Shown in pieces: positions 1 to 11,699 of a stretch of 64,000 nucleotides of DNA (its first letter is position 1; every line of letters starts with the position of its first letter). Where the stretch lies: the NCBI GenBank assembly GCA_963803975.1, contig CAWDOY010000025.1:32001-96000 (forward strand). The letters are read 5' to 3'. Source of the DNA: an uncultured delta proteobacterium (GTDB taxonomy: Bacteria; Desulfobacterota; WTBG01; CAIYCZ01). A program made the position numbers and the translations under genes. Below the pieces are notes generated by a model. It worked only from the letters and a program-made list of their open reading frames with translations, did no database searches and was not told the origin of the DNA.

Positions 1-1646
1 CGGGTTGGGAGCTGTTTTACCCAGACCGCACAGGGCCGACTCCTTGATATCTACAGCCATGCTTTCCAGAAGCGCCAGGTCTTCCTTCGTGCCCTTGCCC
101 CGCGGTGATGTCTTCCAGCACGTCCTTCATCCTTTTCACGCCCACGCGGCACGGTGTGCACTTGCCGCAGGATTCGTCCGCGAGAAAGGAAAGAAAATAT
201 TTTGCTACGTCAACCATGCAGGTGCGGTCATCCATCACGATGAGACCGCCGGAGCCCATGATGGATCCTGCCTCAGCGAGCGCTTCGTAGTCAACCGGAA
301 GATTAATTAATTCTTTCGGTATGCAGCCGCCTGACGGGCCGCCGGTTTGCACTGCCTTGAAGGCCCTGTCCGTTCGGTATGCCGCCGCCCATATCATAAA
401 TAATCTGTTTCAGCTTCGTGCCCATGGGCACTTCCACCAGCCCGATGCGGTTTACTTTGCCGACCAGGGAAAATACCTTGGTGCCCTTGCTCTTTTTCGT
501 GCCGATGGATGAAAACCAGTCAGCGCCGCGTGCCATGATCGGGGCTACATTGGCCAGTGTTTCCACGTTGTTGATCACCGTGGGTTTTCCCCAGAGGCCG
601 CTCTGTGCCGGAAACGGCGGTCGCTGCCGCGGCTCGCCCCACTCACCCTCAATTGATTTGATGAGGGCGGTTTCTTCGCCGCACACAAAAGCACCAGCTC
701 CCTGGCTGATGGAGATGGTAAAAGTAAAGCCCGAGTTCAGGATCTTTTTGCCCAGCAGGCCGTGCGCAGTTGCCTCGGCCAGAGCTTTCTTCACCCGCTC
801 TATTGCCAGGGGATATTCCGCCCTGATGTACAGGTATCCCTGGCGCGCGCCGATCGCGTAGCCGGCAATCATCATGCCTTCAATCACCGCGTGGGGGTCG
901 CCCTCAAGGAGGCTCCGGTCCATGTACGCGCCGGGATCGCCCTCATCGGCGTTGCATATAATATATTTTTCTTTTCCGTCAGCCGTGCTGCATATTTTCC
1001 ATTTCACGCCGGTCAGAAATCCCGCGCCGCCCCTGCCGCGAAGCCCTGAGCGCTCAACCTCGGCGATAACGTCCTGCGGCGGTTTCTTCGCGAGCACTTC
1101 CGCCAGGGTAAAGTAACCGCCCTTGGCTATATATTCACTGATGTCCTCCGGGTCAATGACGCCGCAGTTGCGCAGCGCTATCTTGTCCTGCTTCTTGTAA
1201 AAAGAGAGGTTCGCGTACTCAGGGACTTTAAGCAGCTCTTTTTTTACCCGGCCTTTTTTGTAGGAGCGCACGGTGTCGTCAAGCAGGAACCGGTCTTCAT
1301 CCATCCTGCCGAGAGCGCCCTTCATGACGCTGCCCTGCCGCAGTTCTTCCAGAAGTTCGACGGCCTTTTCTCCGGTCATGCGGCTGTAGGTCAGACGCGG
1401 GCTTCCCGGCAGCAGAACATCAACCAGGGGCTCCTCGTGGCAGATCCCGATGCATCCGGTCTTTGTCACCACCGCGTTCAGCCTTTTCTTCTTTACCCCG
1501 GCCGCTATTTCATTGAAAACAGTCCCGGCGCCGGTTGACAGGCCGCAGGTCGCCATGCCGACCATGATTTTAATCCTGTCAGGACTAAGCGTGGCCATTC
1601 CCCGCGCTTTTAACTTTTGCAGATCCTTTATACCTGATACCTTCAT
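1..1646 (-). CDS. nuoF: NuoF/HydB-like NADH-binding flavoprotein subunit with N-terminal thioredoxin-like [2Fe-2S] domain; frameshifted near 380, runs off window edge
   Basis: Motifs [38 protein letters not shown], and [10 protein letters not shown] in the 17..397 fragment. Confidence 0.9.
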
Positions 1647-2121
1647 CTCTTCTCAGCTTTCCTGTATGGTGCAAGCATTTTAGGAACAGTGCTTTGGTGC
1701 ACATTGCCATAGGTATCTTCATTTACCCGCACGACCGGGGCCATGCTGCAGCACCCCAGGCAGCGCACTTTTTCCAGCGTGAACGTCCGGTCAGGCGTGG
1801 TGCCTTCATTTGACTCAAGCCCGAGTTCCCTGCCCAGCTTGTTCTGGATATTCTCACCGTCCTTGACATGACAGGCAGTGCCCAGACAGACGCTGACAAT
1901 ATTTTTGCCCCTGGGCTCCAGGCTGAAGGAGCGGTAAAACGTGGCGATGCAGTAGATTTTGCTCAGGGGCACGCCGCTGGCACTGCTGAAATAGGTTATG
2001 GCGTCCTGGGAGAGATACCCGCACGCTGTCTGTATGTCCTGCAGGGCCGCGATAAGCGAGCTTTTACCGCCCTGTATTTCTTTATGAACCCGTCAATGGT
2101 TGAGCGATTGAATGATTCCAT
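1643..2121 (-). CDS. nuoE: NuoE/HydC-like [2Fe-2S] subunit (frameshift near 2070)
   Basis: VCLGTACHVK and CLGCCSMAP motifs; ATG at 2121 after AGGAAGG; N-terminus LIAALQDIQTACGYLS read by hand. Confidence 0.88.
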
Positions 2122-3015
2122 AGCCTTCCTTTACATCTCGTGCCTTTTGCAGAAGCTCTTCATAGGCTTCGTTGACCGCCTCCTGTACCACGGGAATCAG
2201 CTCCGGGGGAAAGGGGAAGAACCGTTTCTGCATTTTCAGAAAATCCTGCACTGGTTTGCGATTCTTTACCGGCTGGGTAATTTTTATTTTATTGTTCTCA
2301 ATCTCATAGAGCGGGAAATAGCCGGTCCGCACTGCCATCAGGCCTGCCTTGATGGTCAGTTTCGGATTAAACACCCACCCGGTGGGGCACGGAGCGAGAA
2401 CCAGGATAAAAGCGTTCCCGTCAGCAGCCAGGCCCTTCTTGACTTTTTCTATCAGGTCAAAGGGATAGCTCGGGCATGCGGTGGCAATATAAGAGAAGCT
2501 GCCTTCAGCAACTGCTTCGGGTATATTTTTTCTCTTTGATTATGCGCTTGATTTCACCGGCCGGCATAGGGTGCGAGACTTCAGCGAGCTTGAATGCGGG
2601 GGGATTTACCGCGCTGATGAGCCGGTCTATGTGCGGCTCATTGTCAAAGCAGAGATAGAGAGTATTCTCGTCCCTGGTAAACATCCGTGCCGCCACCATC
2701 TGCCCTGACAAAAAGAGCCGCCGGTCAATGCCGACGATTGCCTTGCGGCAGGATGCGCCGGCCATTGCGCTCGCGCGTACCAGTTCCGCCTGCAATGGTC
2801 TCCAGCATCGGGTCAAAGGTGAGGTCATCGTATGCGTAGCTTTGTGCGGTAACAGAAGCCTGGGGCGGCAGCTGGTCGGGAAATACCGCTCCCGCGGCCT
2901 TTGCAACGATACGCGCGGCGAGGGCTTTGCCGCAGCCCTGACAGGACCTTCGTCCGGACAGGTAATTTTCTTCCGCGGGCAGGAGCTTCGGGACATAAAC
3001 AGGGAACTGGTTCAT
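2093..3015 (-). CDS. Divergent 2-oxoacid:ferredoxin oxidoreductase beta-subunit-like protein (several frameshifts)
   Basis: SGRRSCQGCG at N-terminus, YLCFDNE, IATACPSYPFDL, APCPTGW, TGYFPLYEI; canonical GDG motif not seen. Confidence 0.7.
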
Positions 3016-3038
3016 ACACTAACCTTTACGCTGCTTTT

Positions 3039-3346
3039 TTATCTGGTTTGCCAGGGAAAGCGTTTGAATACTTCCTGCATGGTGATGCAGCCGGTCCAGC
3101 ACTGGGCGCTGCACAGCGCGCAGCCCTTGCAGTATTTGAGGTCCGCCTCGTAGTATCCCTCTTCATTCTGATATATGGCCCCGTCAGGACAGGAGAGATA
3201 GCAGACCCCGCATTTGATGCACTTCTCAGTGTCCCACATGGGCACCTCAAAACGCCAGTCCTCATTGGAGAGGAAATCTTCTACAATGGGGATTGCCTGG
3301 TTAAGGCGGGGCTCGAAGCTTTTATCATGTTTCAGTTTTTTTCATA
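3039..3346 (-). CDS. PorD-like 2x[4Fe-4S] delta subunit (5' frameshift)
   Basis: DWRFEVPMWDTEKCIKCGVCYLSCPD ... YCKGCALCSAQC. Confidence 0.8.
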
Positions 3347-3422
3347 CTGTTTCACGTCTCAGTTGCAACCGGATGATGCAGCTGGTTGCTAGATAATTTA
3401 TGATTAAGAATAGTTACATTTA

Positions 3423-3440
3423 AGAACTATTTTCTAAATA
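3423..3440. promoter_or_regulatory. Putative TetR operator variant upstream of porD-like operon
   Basis: Minus strand reads TATTTAGAAAATAGTTCT versus TATTTAGAACATGTTCT at 14693; one extra base in an A run. Confidence 0.5.
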
Positions 3441-3562
3441 GTATAGCTCTCCTAACAATGTCAAGATAAAACTTGAAAAGCAGACAACAGAAGATAGAAT
3501 CAATGCATTCATTTCAAACTCTATCCTTAACGCCTGTACCTCTAGCCCCTGGTCCAGCCATC

Positions 3563-4318
3563 CTAAAACATCACCGACGGCGGCAGCATGTGCAGCATAA
3601 AGCTTTCATGCGGTACGCCGAGCATCACCCCGCCCTTGAAGAAGCGGTTGTCCATGAAGGTGTAGCGCACCCACTCACGGCGCTGCTCCTGCATCCGGGC
3701 GATGTCATCCGCAGTAGGCTTTCAGGTCTTTTCTTTTGTCCACCAGCTGAAAGTAGGCTGCATATATTTCCCGTGCGGTATCCTCGAAGCATGCCGCGTT
3801 CTCCTCTTCCGGGCCGAATGCTATGCCCACGCCATAGCCGACGCCGGATCGTGCTTCCTTGAGCTCAAACATCTTCAGATAACCCTGCTGCAGGTCGCTG
3901 TAGATCCTGCCGTGCTTCTTCGTCACTGCTTCCATCTTCTGTTTGATAAAATTCGCGGTCTTCATCATAGGCAATGGTCGGGTAGACGTCAAAAAATCCC
4001 GGGCAGTGCTCCAGCCCCTGCTCCGACACATGCTCAAACACCCCCATGAAAATGGGCACATGGGGATTGCGGGGGAAGGTCTGGATGCCCACCCACTGGA
4101 TGGTGCTCTGGTAGTCTCTGCCGGGGATGGTCACGGTCGCGCGGATAGTTGAAACGCAGGCCTTTTCGAAAAAATCCCCCCTGCTGACATTTACTTCAAC
4201 CGCCCCGGCCCCGTTCAGGAAATTCCACTGCTGTTTCTCAAACCCGCCGGCATTATATCCGGCTAATGGTATCAAGATACTTCTGTTTTAGCTCTGCCAG
4301 AAACTGATCAGTAAGCAT
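3563..4318 (-). CDS. Coproporphyrinogen III oxidase (HemF)-like protein, divergent; three or more frameshifts
   Basis: RBS AGGAGG then ATG at 4318; GDFFEKACVS, FPRNPHVP, AYFQLVDKRK, RREWVRYTF and ESFMLHMLPPSVMF* follow the order of HemF motifs. Confidence 0.65.
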
Positions 4319-4359
4319 ACGGGCCTCCTTTTTTTAGTTTTTATATCACATCTCAAGTA

Positions 4360-4428
4360 TAAGTTCAAGAGAATAAGTTCCTTGCCCTTGTACTTTTCCT
4401 TGACATCAATAGTATGTTATAATATATC
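4360..4428 (+). promoter_or_regulatory. Operator-like box AGAATAAGTTCC followed by a sigma70-like promoter
   Basis: AGAATAAGTTCC at 4370-4381; TTGACA at 4400-4405; TATATC 17 bp downstream. Confidence 0.45.
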
Positions 4429-4616
4429 ACGACCAATAACCAGCACACAACAAAGTCCTCATTTTATTTCTGAATACGAACATGCACGGTTACAGGCATA
4501 TCAGCGATGGTTATGAACCGGTCTATTAGAGCCTTTTGAAATTAAAACATCAGGTTAACGGGCGGGGAAAATGGTTTCCACCCGTTTTATTTTAATTCCT
4601 TTCAAAGGAGGCTTCC

Positions 4617-6365
4617 ATGCAACGGGGTAATATCAAGCAACAACAGCTATCATACGAACATTTCCTGCTGCTCATCCTCGTCATACCTGTCCTGCTCCTG
4701 ACTGCATCCTGCGTAAAACAAGCAAACAATCGGCGTCATTTTTGCCCTGCACGGCGGGTTTGATACCTACAAGCCCCAGTATCTCTGGGATTCGTCAGTA
4801 CAGATGTTCTCCTATGACCCGAACCACCCGGTCTATAAGCATGGTCATCTGGAATCCGGATAACTGGACCATGGTCCTCCAGTCGGCCAATGCGCCTAAA
4901 GAGATACAAAAATATTCCTTTGAGTACCAGCGCCTGGGCGGCACTGACCCGTTTACCGGAATTACCGCCCAGCAGTTTGAAAATCTCAAGGCCGAGCTTG
5001 AAAGCCAGGGCAAATTCCGGGGATTTAACTTTGTGTTTGACTATGTGCAGTGGATGTCAGGTGATGATATCCCCCATTATGCCTATCCCCGGTTCGTCTA
5101 TAACGGCCCGGCGAACGCTGCCTCGAAATGCACCTACTGCGGTGAAAAGGAGTCTGACGGGCCATGGCCCGGCTGCGACCCGGAGCGCTACAATGTTGAC
5201 GGGCCGGTCGACCGGCTGATTAAAGAAAAAGTTTCCCGGATTATTATCGTGGACATGACCGTGGGCGGCGTGCGTTTCTCCAAAACCTTTGACTGTGTCC
5301 AGATGATAAAGCGCGCCCTGAAAGACAGCGGCAATGAATCAATACCGGTCACCTGGGTTAATGATTACAAAAGCCTCATGGAACGCTCTTACCCGACGGA
5401 ACCCGCCGGGTGGACCGCGACTCAGGGTGCGCCGACAAAAGATGCCAGCGTCCCCCTTGACGGGAGCCCGAATCCCGTGGCGGCAGACCCGGACCTTGCC
5501 GCACTGCATGTTGAAGGAATTGAGGCCGGCATGTCAGACAAGGTCCCGGATGCCGAGACCGGCGTCATTATCCTGAACCACGCAATAAATGACAACAAGG
5601 AATATTTTGACCCGAAGATAGATGATACGGTGACTGATAAACAAAAATATCAAATCCCAGCTTATCTCCCGCCACCCCGACATGAACCCGGCAAATATCG
5701 TCGGCGCCTACATGGGTATATACGAGAATGACCCGGACTGCAACGGCGCAAGGGGGCGCACGCGCAACATGCGCGGCGAGAACCTCGGCTATGCCTGGCT
5801 CTACGAGAGCGCGAAACAGCTGCCCGCTGATGAGTGGGGCTACCGCTACTGGGACGCACTTGAGTATCTTAAAAACCGCGGGGTGAAGCACATCGTGATC
5901 GGCTTTGCCCAGATTGTGACTGATTCGGTGTTAAACCTCGTTGAAATCCAGAACCAGATCGCAAAAGAGATCGGCACCAAAACCTGGCTGCTTGCCGCGA
6001 CCGGCGACATTGCCACCTATCCCGGCGTCGGGCACCCCTTTGCCGATTACTGGGGGAACTGGGTCAGGACCGACTGCGGCGGCACGCCGTGCTGCTTCAA
6101 GATGGGCGGCTGCGATGACGGCGTCTATCCGCCAATTGCCCAGAAATGCCCGCGCGACGACCTGGACCCGTCCCTTGCCTATGATGTAAGCGAGTACGGC
6201 CACCTGGGGTATGACCCGGCGCTCAGCCCCCCGGACCCCACTAAGCCCGTGCAGCAGCAGTATACCGGCACCTGGGCGATGTGGACGCCGCCCAATGCCG
6301 ACCCGCGCTTGAGCAAGCTGCTGGCGAAATATGTTCTTCAGGCAGCAAATGATGAGCTGAAGTGA
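4617..6365 (+). CDS. Ferrochelatase/class II chelatase-like probable lipoprotein (frameshifted)
   Basis: RBS AAGGAGG; hydrophobic leader ending LTASC; TIGVIFALHGG, GVIILNHA and GVKHIVIGFAQIVTDSVLNLVEI resemble ferrochelatase motifs. Confidence 0.5.
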
Positions 6366-6415
6366 CAGTACGATATAGTTCTTCTTTTCACTATAATGCA
6401 TAAGGAGAATACCGT

Positions 6416-7055
6416 ATGGAAAAGTTAAACAGAAGAGATTTTGCGAAAAAGGCCCTCGGCGGCGGCGGTCTGCTGACGCTCATCACCGCTTTCAATCTCC
6501 CGGGAGTCGCGTCTGCGTTCAGCGGCCCTGAAGTAGTCGTGCCGACGAATAAGTTCCTGAACCGCCCGGACCTGGGCGACGCGCTCAAGTCCATGTACAT
6601 GACCTATGACTCGACCACGCCCTACCCGCACAAATTCAACGAGACCATCAGCAAGCACCAGCTGCGGGCTCTGGAATTTTTTGTCTCAAAGAACATGGAC
6701 AAGGAATACGCCGAGCACTATGTGACAACCATGAAGCCGGTGCTGCTGAAGATTAAAGAGGCAATTGAAAAGGAAAAGAACCCGGAGAAGGCCCTCGTTG
6801 CCCTGTTTGATGACAACCCCTGCTCGTTCCAGCTCTTTGACCATATCAATGTCAAGCCCGGCGAGCGCAGCTTCCCCTGCCCCTACAAGGGAAAGCTCCA
6901 GGACTGCAAGTACTGGCTCGGAACATTCAACGCACATCGAGTGGAAGGATGTCTGCAACCGCTGGTGCATCCCCACCTGGAACGGTTTTGCCGAGACCCT
7001 CGGCATAAAAATAAAAATCCAGCCAAGCGATGAGTGCAAAGTTAAACTGGCGTAA
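6416..7055 (+). CDS. Tat-exported Cys-containing protein, paralog 1 (frameshift near 6930)
   Basis: NRRDFAK twin-arginine signal with ASA cleavage site; CSFQL, FPCPYK, VCNRWC, WNGFA. Confidence 0.7.
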
Positions 7056-7079
7056 CCCCCTGCAAGAGGAGGAACAGAT

Positions 7080-7750
7080 ATGGATATCAAAAACAGACCT
7101 GATTCTCTTTTCCTTACAGAATCATCAAACAACCAACCAGTCATGCATGTCCCGCCGGGACTTTGCGAAAAAGGCTGCCGGCATCAGTGCTGTATCAGCG
7201 TTTGCCCTGATGAGCCTGCCCCAGCTTGCGTCTGCCTGGATGAACAACGAGATCATGTCGCCGCGATGACATGGGTGACGGGCTGAAGTCAATTATTAAA
7301 ACCTACAGCACCACCGACCCCTATCCGCTGAAGTTTAACGAAGGCCTGGTGCGGCAGCATTTGCGCAGCCTTGACTTTGCCGTGCGCAAGGGAGTGGCGA
7401 AGGAGCATGCCGAGCACTTTGTGTACGTGCTGGGCCCGGTGCTCGAGCGTCACATAAAACCGGCAGTCGCGAAGCTGGGAAAAAATATTTTCCTCTGGGG
7501 CATCTTTGAGCGGACCGGCTGCTCCTACCAGCTCTACGAGCATATAAATATCAAGGAAGGCGAGCGGACGTTTTCGTGCCCGTACAAGCGGGCCCTGGAA
7601 TATCACAATAAAGAGGTCGGCACCTATAACTTGAAGTGGGAAGATGTGTGCGCCAACTGGTGCAGCCTCACCTGGAACGGCTTTGCTCAGATTGCGGGAG
7701 TGCAGATAAAAATTGAAACAGGGGAGACCTGCAAGGTATCGGTTGTCTGA
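7080..7750 (+). CDS. Tat-exported Cys-containing protein, paralog 2 (frameshifts)
   Basis: SRRDFAK signal with ASA; CSYQL, FSCPYK, VCANWC, WNGFA; collinear with paralog 1. Confidence 0.7.
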
Positions 7751-7774
7751 AATTATCAGCTTAAAAACAGAAAC

Positions 7775-7815
7775 GCCCGGCTGTGAGTTTCACCTCATGT
7801 GCCGGGCTTTTTTTA
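7775..7815 (+). terminator. Intrinsic terminator
   Basis: GCCCGGC ... GCCGGGC stem followed by a T run. Confidence 0.7.
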
Positions 7816-7885
7816 TGAAATAATTCGGGGGTGGATTATCGAGCGCTTACTGATAAACAACCTCAAACTGCTTCCGTATGTATGT

Positions 7886-7985
7886 GAAGCTCCCTGCCTA
7901 CAAGGCGGGGCTTCCCGGAGTTTAATTATTCTTTTCAAATACATGCCTCTTGACCCCGCTTACAAAGTGGGGCTTGCGAGGCATG
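7886..7985. repeat. Paired palindromic element (REP/PATE-like)
   Basis: Two related hairpins: GAAGCTCCCTGCC-TACAA-GGCGGGGCTTC and CATGCCTC..CCCCGCTT-ACA-AAGTGGGG..GAGGCATG. Confidence 0.5.
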
Positions 7986-8045
7986 AAAACGGTCATGCGC
8001 TCCTGTGAAAAGGAGACCCGAATAATTTAGCGGGCAATGTTTTCT

Positions 8046-9041
8046 TTACCCAGGCAGAAGCTCCTTTAGCTTATCTCTGAACGCAGGCAGTACCTTTTTC
8101 CAGTCGCCAACAACACCAAAATCGGCTTGTTTGAAGATAAATGCCTCAGGGTCTGTATTTATGGCGACGATACTCCTGGACTGGGCGCAGCCGCTCAAAT
8201 GCTGGATGGAACCGGAAAGAGCTATGGCAATATACAGATCGGGGCTGACAATTTTCCCGGTAATCCCTACCTGCCGGTTGGGGGCTATCCAGCGATTATC
8301 GCAGGCGGGCCGTGAAGCGCCAACCGCCCCTTTCAACAAAGCCGCCAGCTCCTGCAGCTGATTAAATCCTTCAGCACTGCCAATGCCTCTGCCTCCGCTG
8401 ACTATTACCGGAGCATCTTCAAGCCGCACCCCGCCCTCATCTTCCTTTACCCTTTTCAACAAGTCTGGCCCGTATGGCTGAGGGGTCCAGGCCGGCATCA
8501 ATGGTAATGACCTCTCCTGGTTTTGAGACAGGCTCTGGAGAAGACATTACCTTGTCTCTGACCGTGGCTATCTGCGGATAGGAGTCGCAGGTGAAGGTAG
8601 CCAGGCCATTCCCTCCGTAGACAGGTTTAGTTCGCAGCAACAGCTTTGTGTCAGGGTCAATAGCAAGGCCAACACAATCCAGAGTGGCTGTTGTGTCCAG
8701 CCGGAAGGCCAGCATGGGAGCAAGGTCACGACCGACAGATGTCTGTCCCAGGATGAGGATCCGGGGCATCACCTGTCTAACTACTTTTTCCATCACTGAC
8801 ACGTATGCATCTGTCTGGTACTCTTTAAGCAGCGGATCATCAACAACATATACTTTATCAGCACCAAGGCGATAGCTTCCTGAGCCAGACTTCCCACATC
8901 ACTTCCGACCAGCACCGTGCACAACTGCTGCCCCAGGTCATCAGCCAGCTTTCTGCCGCAGCCCAGTACCTCCTTGGAGATCGAAGGCAGTTTGCCGTCA
9001 ATGATCTCACAATACGTCATAATGCCGTTATATTCAGCCAT
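8046..9041 (-). CDS. etfA: Electron transfer flavoprotein alpha subunit (two frameshifts)
   Basis: IVSGGRG, VGASRPA, QVGITGKIVSPDLYIA, SGSIQH. Confidence 0.92.
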
Positions 9042-9189
9042 GAGATTTACCCTTTTTAGATTAGCTCATACAGTTTTTTTAGACTTTTTTTTCACTGATC
9101 AACAACCTGATTCAGGCACTCACGTCAATCCTCTCCCGCAGTGGCGAAGGAGGCGTGATTCAGAAACGTGTTATTTCAATCGGCCTGAT

Positions 9190-9982
9190 TTAGAGGAGCT
9201 GTGCTTCCCTTAGTTTCAGGGCCAGATTAGTTCCTGCCTCCTCCGGGGTTTCACCTGCCTATGAACTGGCACTCGGATTTCCGGCCCTGGGGAGCAGCCA
9301 GCCTGACCAGGTTCAATCTCTGCAGTTTGGATACATCAACCCCCAGCGCCTGCGCATTGCGAGTCGTGACCGGCATCTTCTGCGCTGCCTGCAGGTCCTT
9401 CAGCTTGGGGTATCGCAGCTCGCCGACCTCGCTGCTGGCGGTAACGACTGCCGGCATTGGGGCCTCAACTATTTCAGAGCCGTCTGATACCACCCGCTCC
9501 ACCCGTACCTTCCCATCGCTCACTTCTATTTTGCAGGCAGCAGTAATGCAGGGAATCTTCAAAATCTCGGCAAGACCGGAACCCACCTGGCCGGCATCCG
9601 TATCTGCCGCCTGTCTTCCGCAGAGAATAAGATCGTATTCACCGGTCTCCCGAATGGCTGTGGCCAGCAGGTGAGCTGTTGCATAACTGTCAAGCTGTTC
9701 AAACGCATTGTCTTCCAGCAGGATCAGCTCATCAGCACCCGAGGCCAAAGATTTCCTCAGTACCGGCTTGGCCAGGTTTCGCCCTGCGCTTATCACCGTT
9801 ACCCGTGCAGCGTGAGCATCCTTTATCTTAAGCGCAGCTTCGAGTGCATTCTCATCGTAGGGATTCATCACCGGCGGGGTGCCCTGGGGCATTATCACCC
9901 GCTTTGCTTCCACGTCAACTTTCGTGCCCGAGGAGGAAGCCTGCGGGTCAGGCACCTGCTTAACGCAGACAATTATTCTCAT
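9190..9982 (-). CDS. etfB: Electron transfer flavoprotein beta subunit (3' frameshift)
   Basis: IIVCVKQVPD, NPYDENALEAA, GRQAADTDAGQVG, LRYP; C-terminus GETPEEAG..LREAQLL*. Confidence 0.92.
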
Positions 9983-9983
9983 G

Positions 9984-11683
9984 TTACTTAACTCCCTTGG
10001 TTCGTCTTAAACAGCGGGAATATCTGCAGCTTCGGAACCTCTTCCTCTTGGACGGTTCAGCTCCCCAGAAGTAGTTGCCGCTTCCGACTCCGTTGGGATC
10101 CAGCAGTTCTTTGAGCTTGCGCTGCCAGCGGTATTCCGGTGATTTTGACAGCTTCTTTGCCCGCACCTCCACATCGGCATGGGTGGCTCTTGCCAGCCCC
10201 AACAGCATCCCTCCGGGAGGCCGGCCGAGCTGTGCTTTCAACCGGTCCCCTTCGTCAGAAACTTCCGCTGCCGCCTTTGCTGAGTCAGGATCATAGGGGT
10301 CATAGAAGACAAAGTCCTCCCATCCGGTGACACCGCCGCCGCCCTGGCCGCCTATTGGTCCCATTGCCTGATCACCGGCATCCGCGATTCTGCCGGCATA
10401 TTTCTTCAACAGCGCCTTGCCTGCTTCGATTTCCCCGGATGCCCAGACATCCGGTGTTGCTACCGAGTTATACGTATCAACAAAGCCTCCGGTGGCGGTA
10501 AAGTTGAGATTCTTGAAGCAGAGCCTGATCATAAACAAAAGTACGTACTCTGCATGGCCGGCTCATCCACAAATGCTATGTTCCATCCGCCGGTCTCACG
10601 CAGTATCTGGTCCAAAACTTTCTGCTGATACGCAAGGTCTCTCGGCGTCATGCCAACCAGGATAAACTGGAAGCATGCGCCGCATCTCTTCAGTGAGCTT
10701 TTGTATTTCAGGCTTTTCCAGCAGTTCCTCCAGGTCGCAGAGCTGCCTGGCGGGGTCGGTTACGATTTTCAGGAAAGCCGCCTGCAGCTCATCCCCCCAC
10801 ATGACAAACTGCCGGTGAGCGATATATCCGATTTCCGAGTCATAGATTCTGTAGATCGCATCAGCAAAGTCCTGCCAGCTGGGGAAGGCCGGGAACGCAG
10901 CTCTGAAAAGATCCTCCGGAAGCTGCGCCTGGTAGGACGGCACAGTACCTTCAATGGGCAGTATCGCCGGGCCGGGCCAATGAACGAGCCGTATTGCAAT
11001 CTTGGTCACAACGCCCCAGCCCCCGGAGCCTCCCAGGGCGCCTCTGATTACCCCCTGTGTGCTCGGTCCTGGCCCTTCAGCACAGAACCAGCCCAGGCCG
11101 GACCCCAGAGAGCCTGTCCGCAGTATCTCCCCCGTAGGCATCACCCACTCGATTGACAGGATGCTGTCCTGAGGAGAAGAAAAGTACATACAATCCGGTC
11201 CCCCGCCCTGAAAACAGCAGGCATTGGCAAGCACCGAGGTACCAGCGCCGGCACCACTTATATGATTGTTCAAGCCCTTCTTCATGGCTTCGGCTTGAAG
11301 CTGCGCGGCCACCACATAGGGCTCAACCACAGCAAACATATTTTGTTCGTCTATTTCCAGTATTCGATTCATCCTCCTCAAATCCAGGAGTATTTGCCCC
11401 TCGGACGGGCGGTGCAGCCCATGGCCCCCAGCCCGTACTGAAGACATGAAACTTTAATTTGTACTGGTTACAGGCTTTGACTATAGCCTGAACCTCCTCC
11501 GCGCTTCCCGGCATAAGCACAGCCTCAGGCCTGTCAAAGAACTTGCTTCCGCCGGTTACGTCTGGTTACCAGCTCAGCCATCCATTGATAAGCATATGAA
11601 TCCAGCGTCGCCGGCTCCTCCGTGATATTGTCCGGCCCCACAATGTCTTCCAATGATTCATATACTTCTCTCAATAGTGCCAT
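9984..11683 (-). CDS. FAD-binding oxidoreductase (GlcD/VAO family), frameshifted; true stop uncertain
   Basis: PEAVLMPGSAEEVQAIVKAC, LDLRRMNRILEID, VVEPYV, GVVTKI, LKELLDPNG. Confidence 0.82.
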
Positions 11684-11699
11684 ATTTATTTACCTCCTG

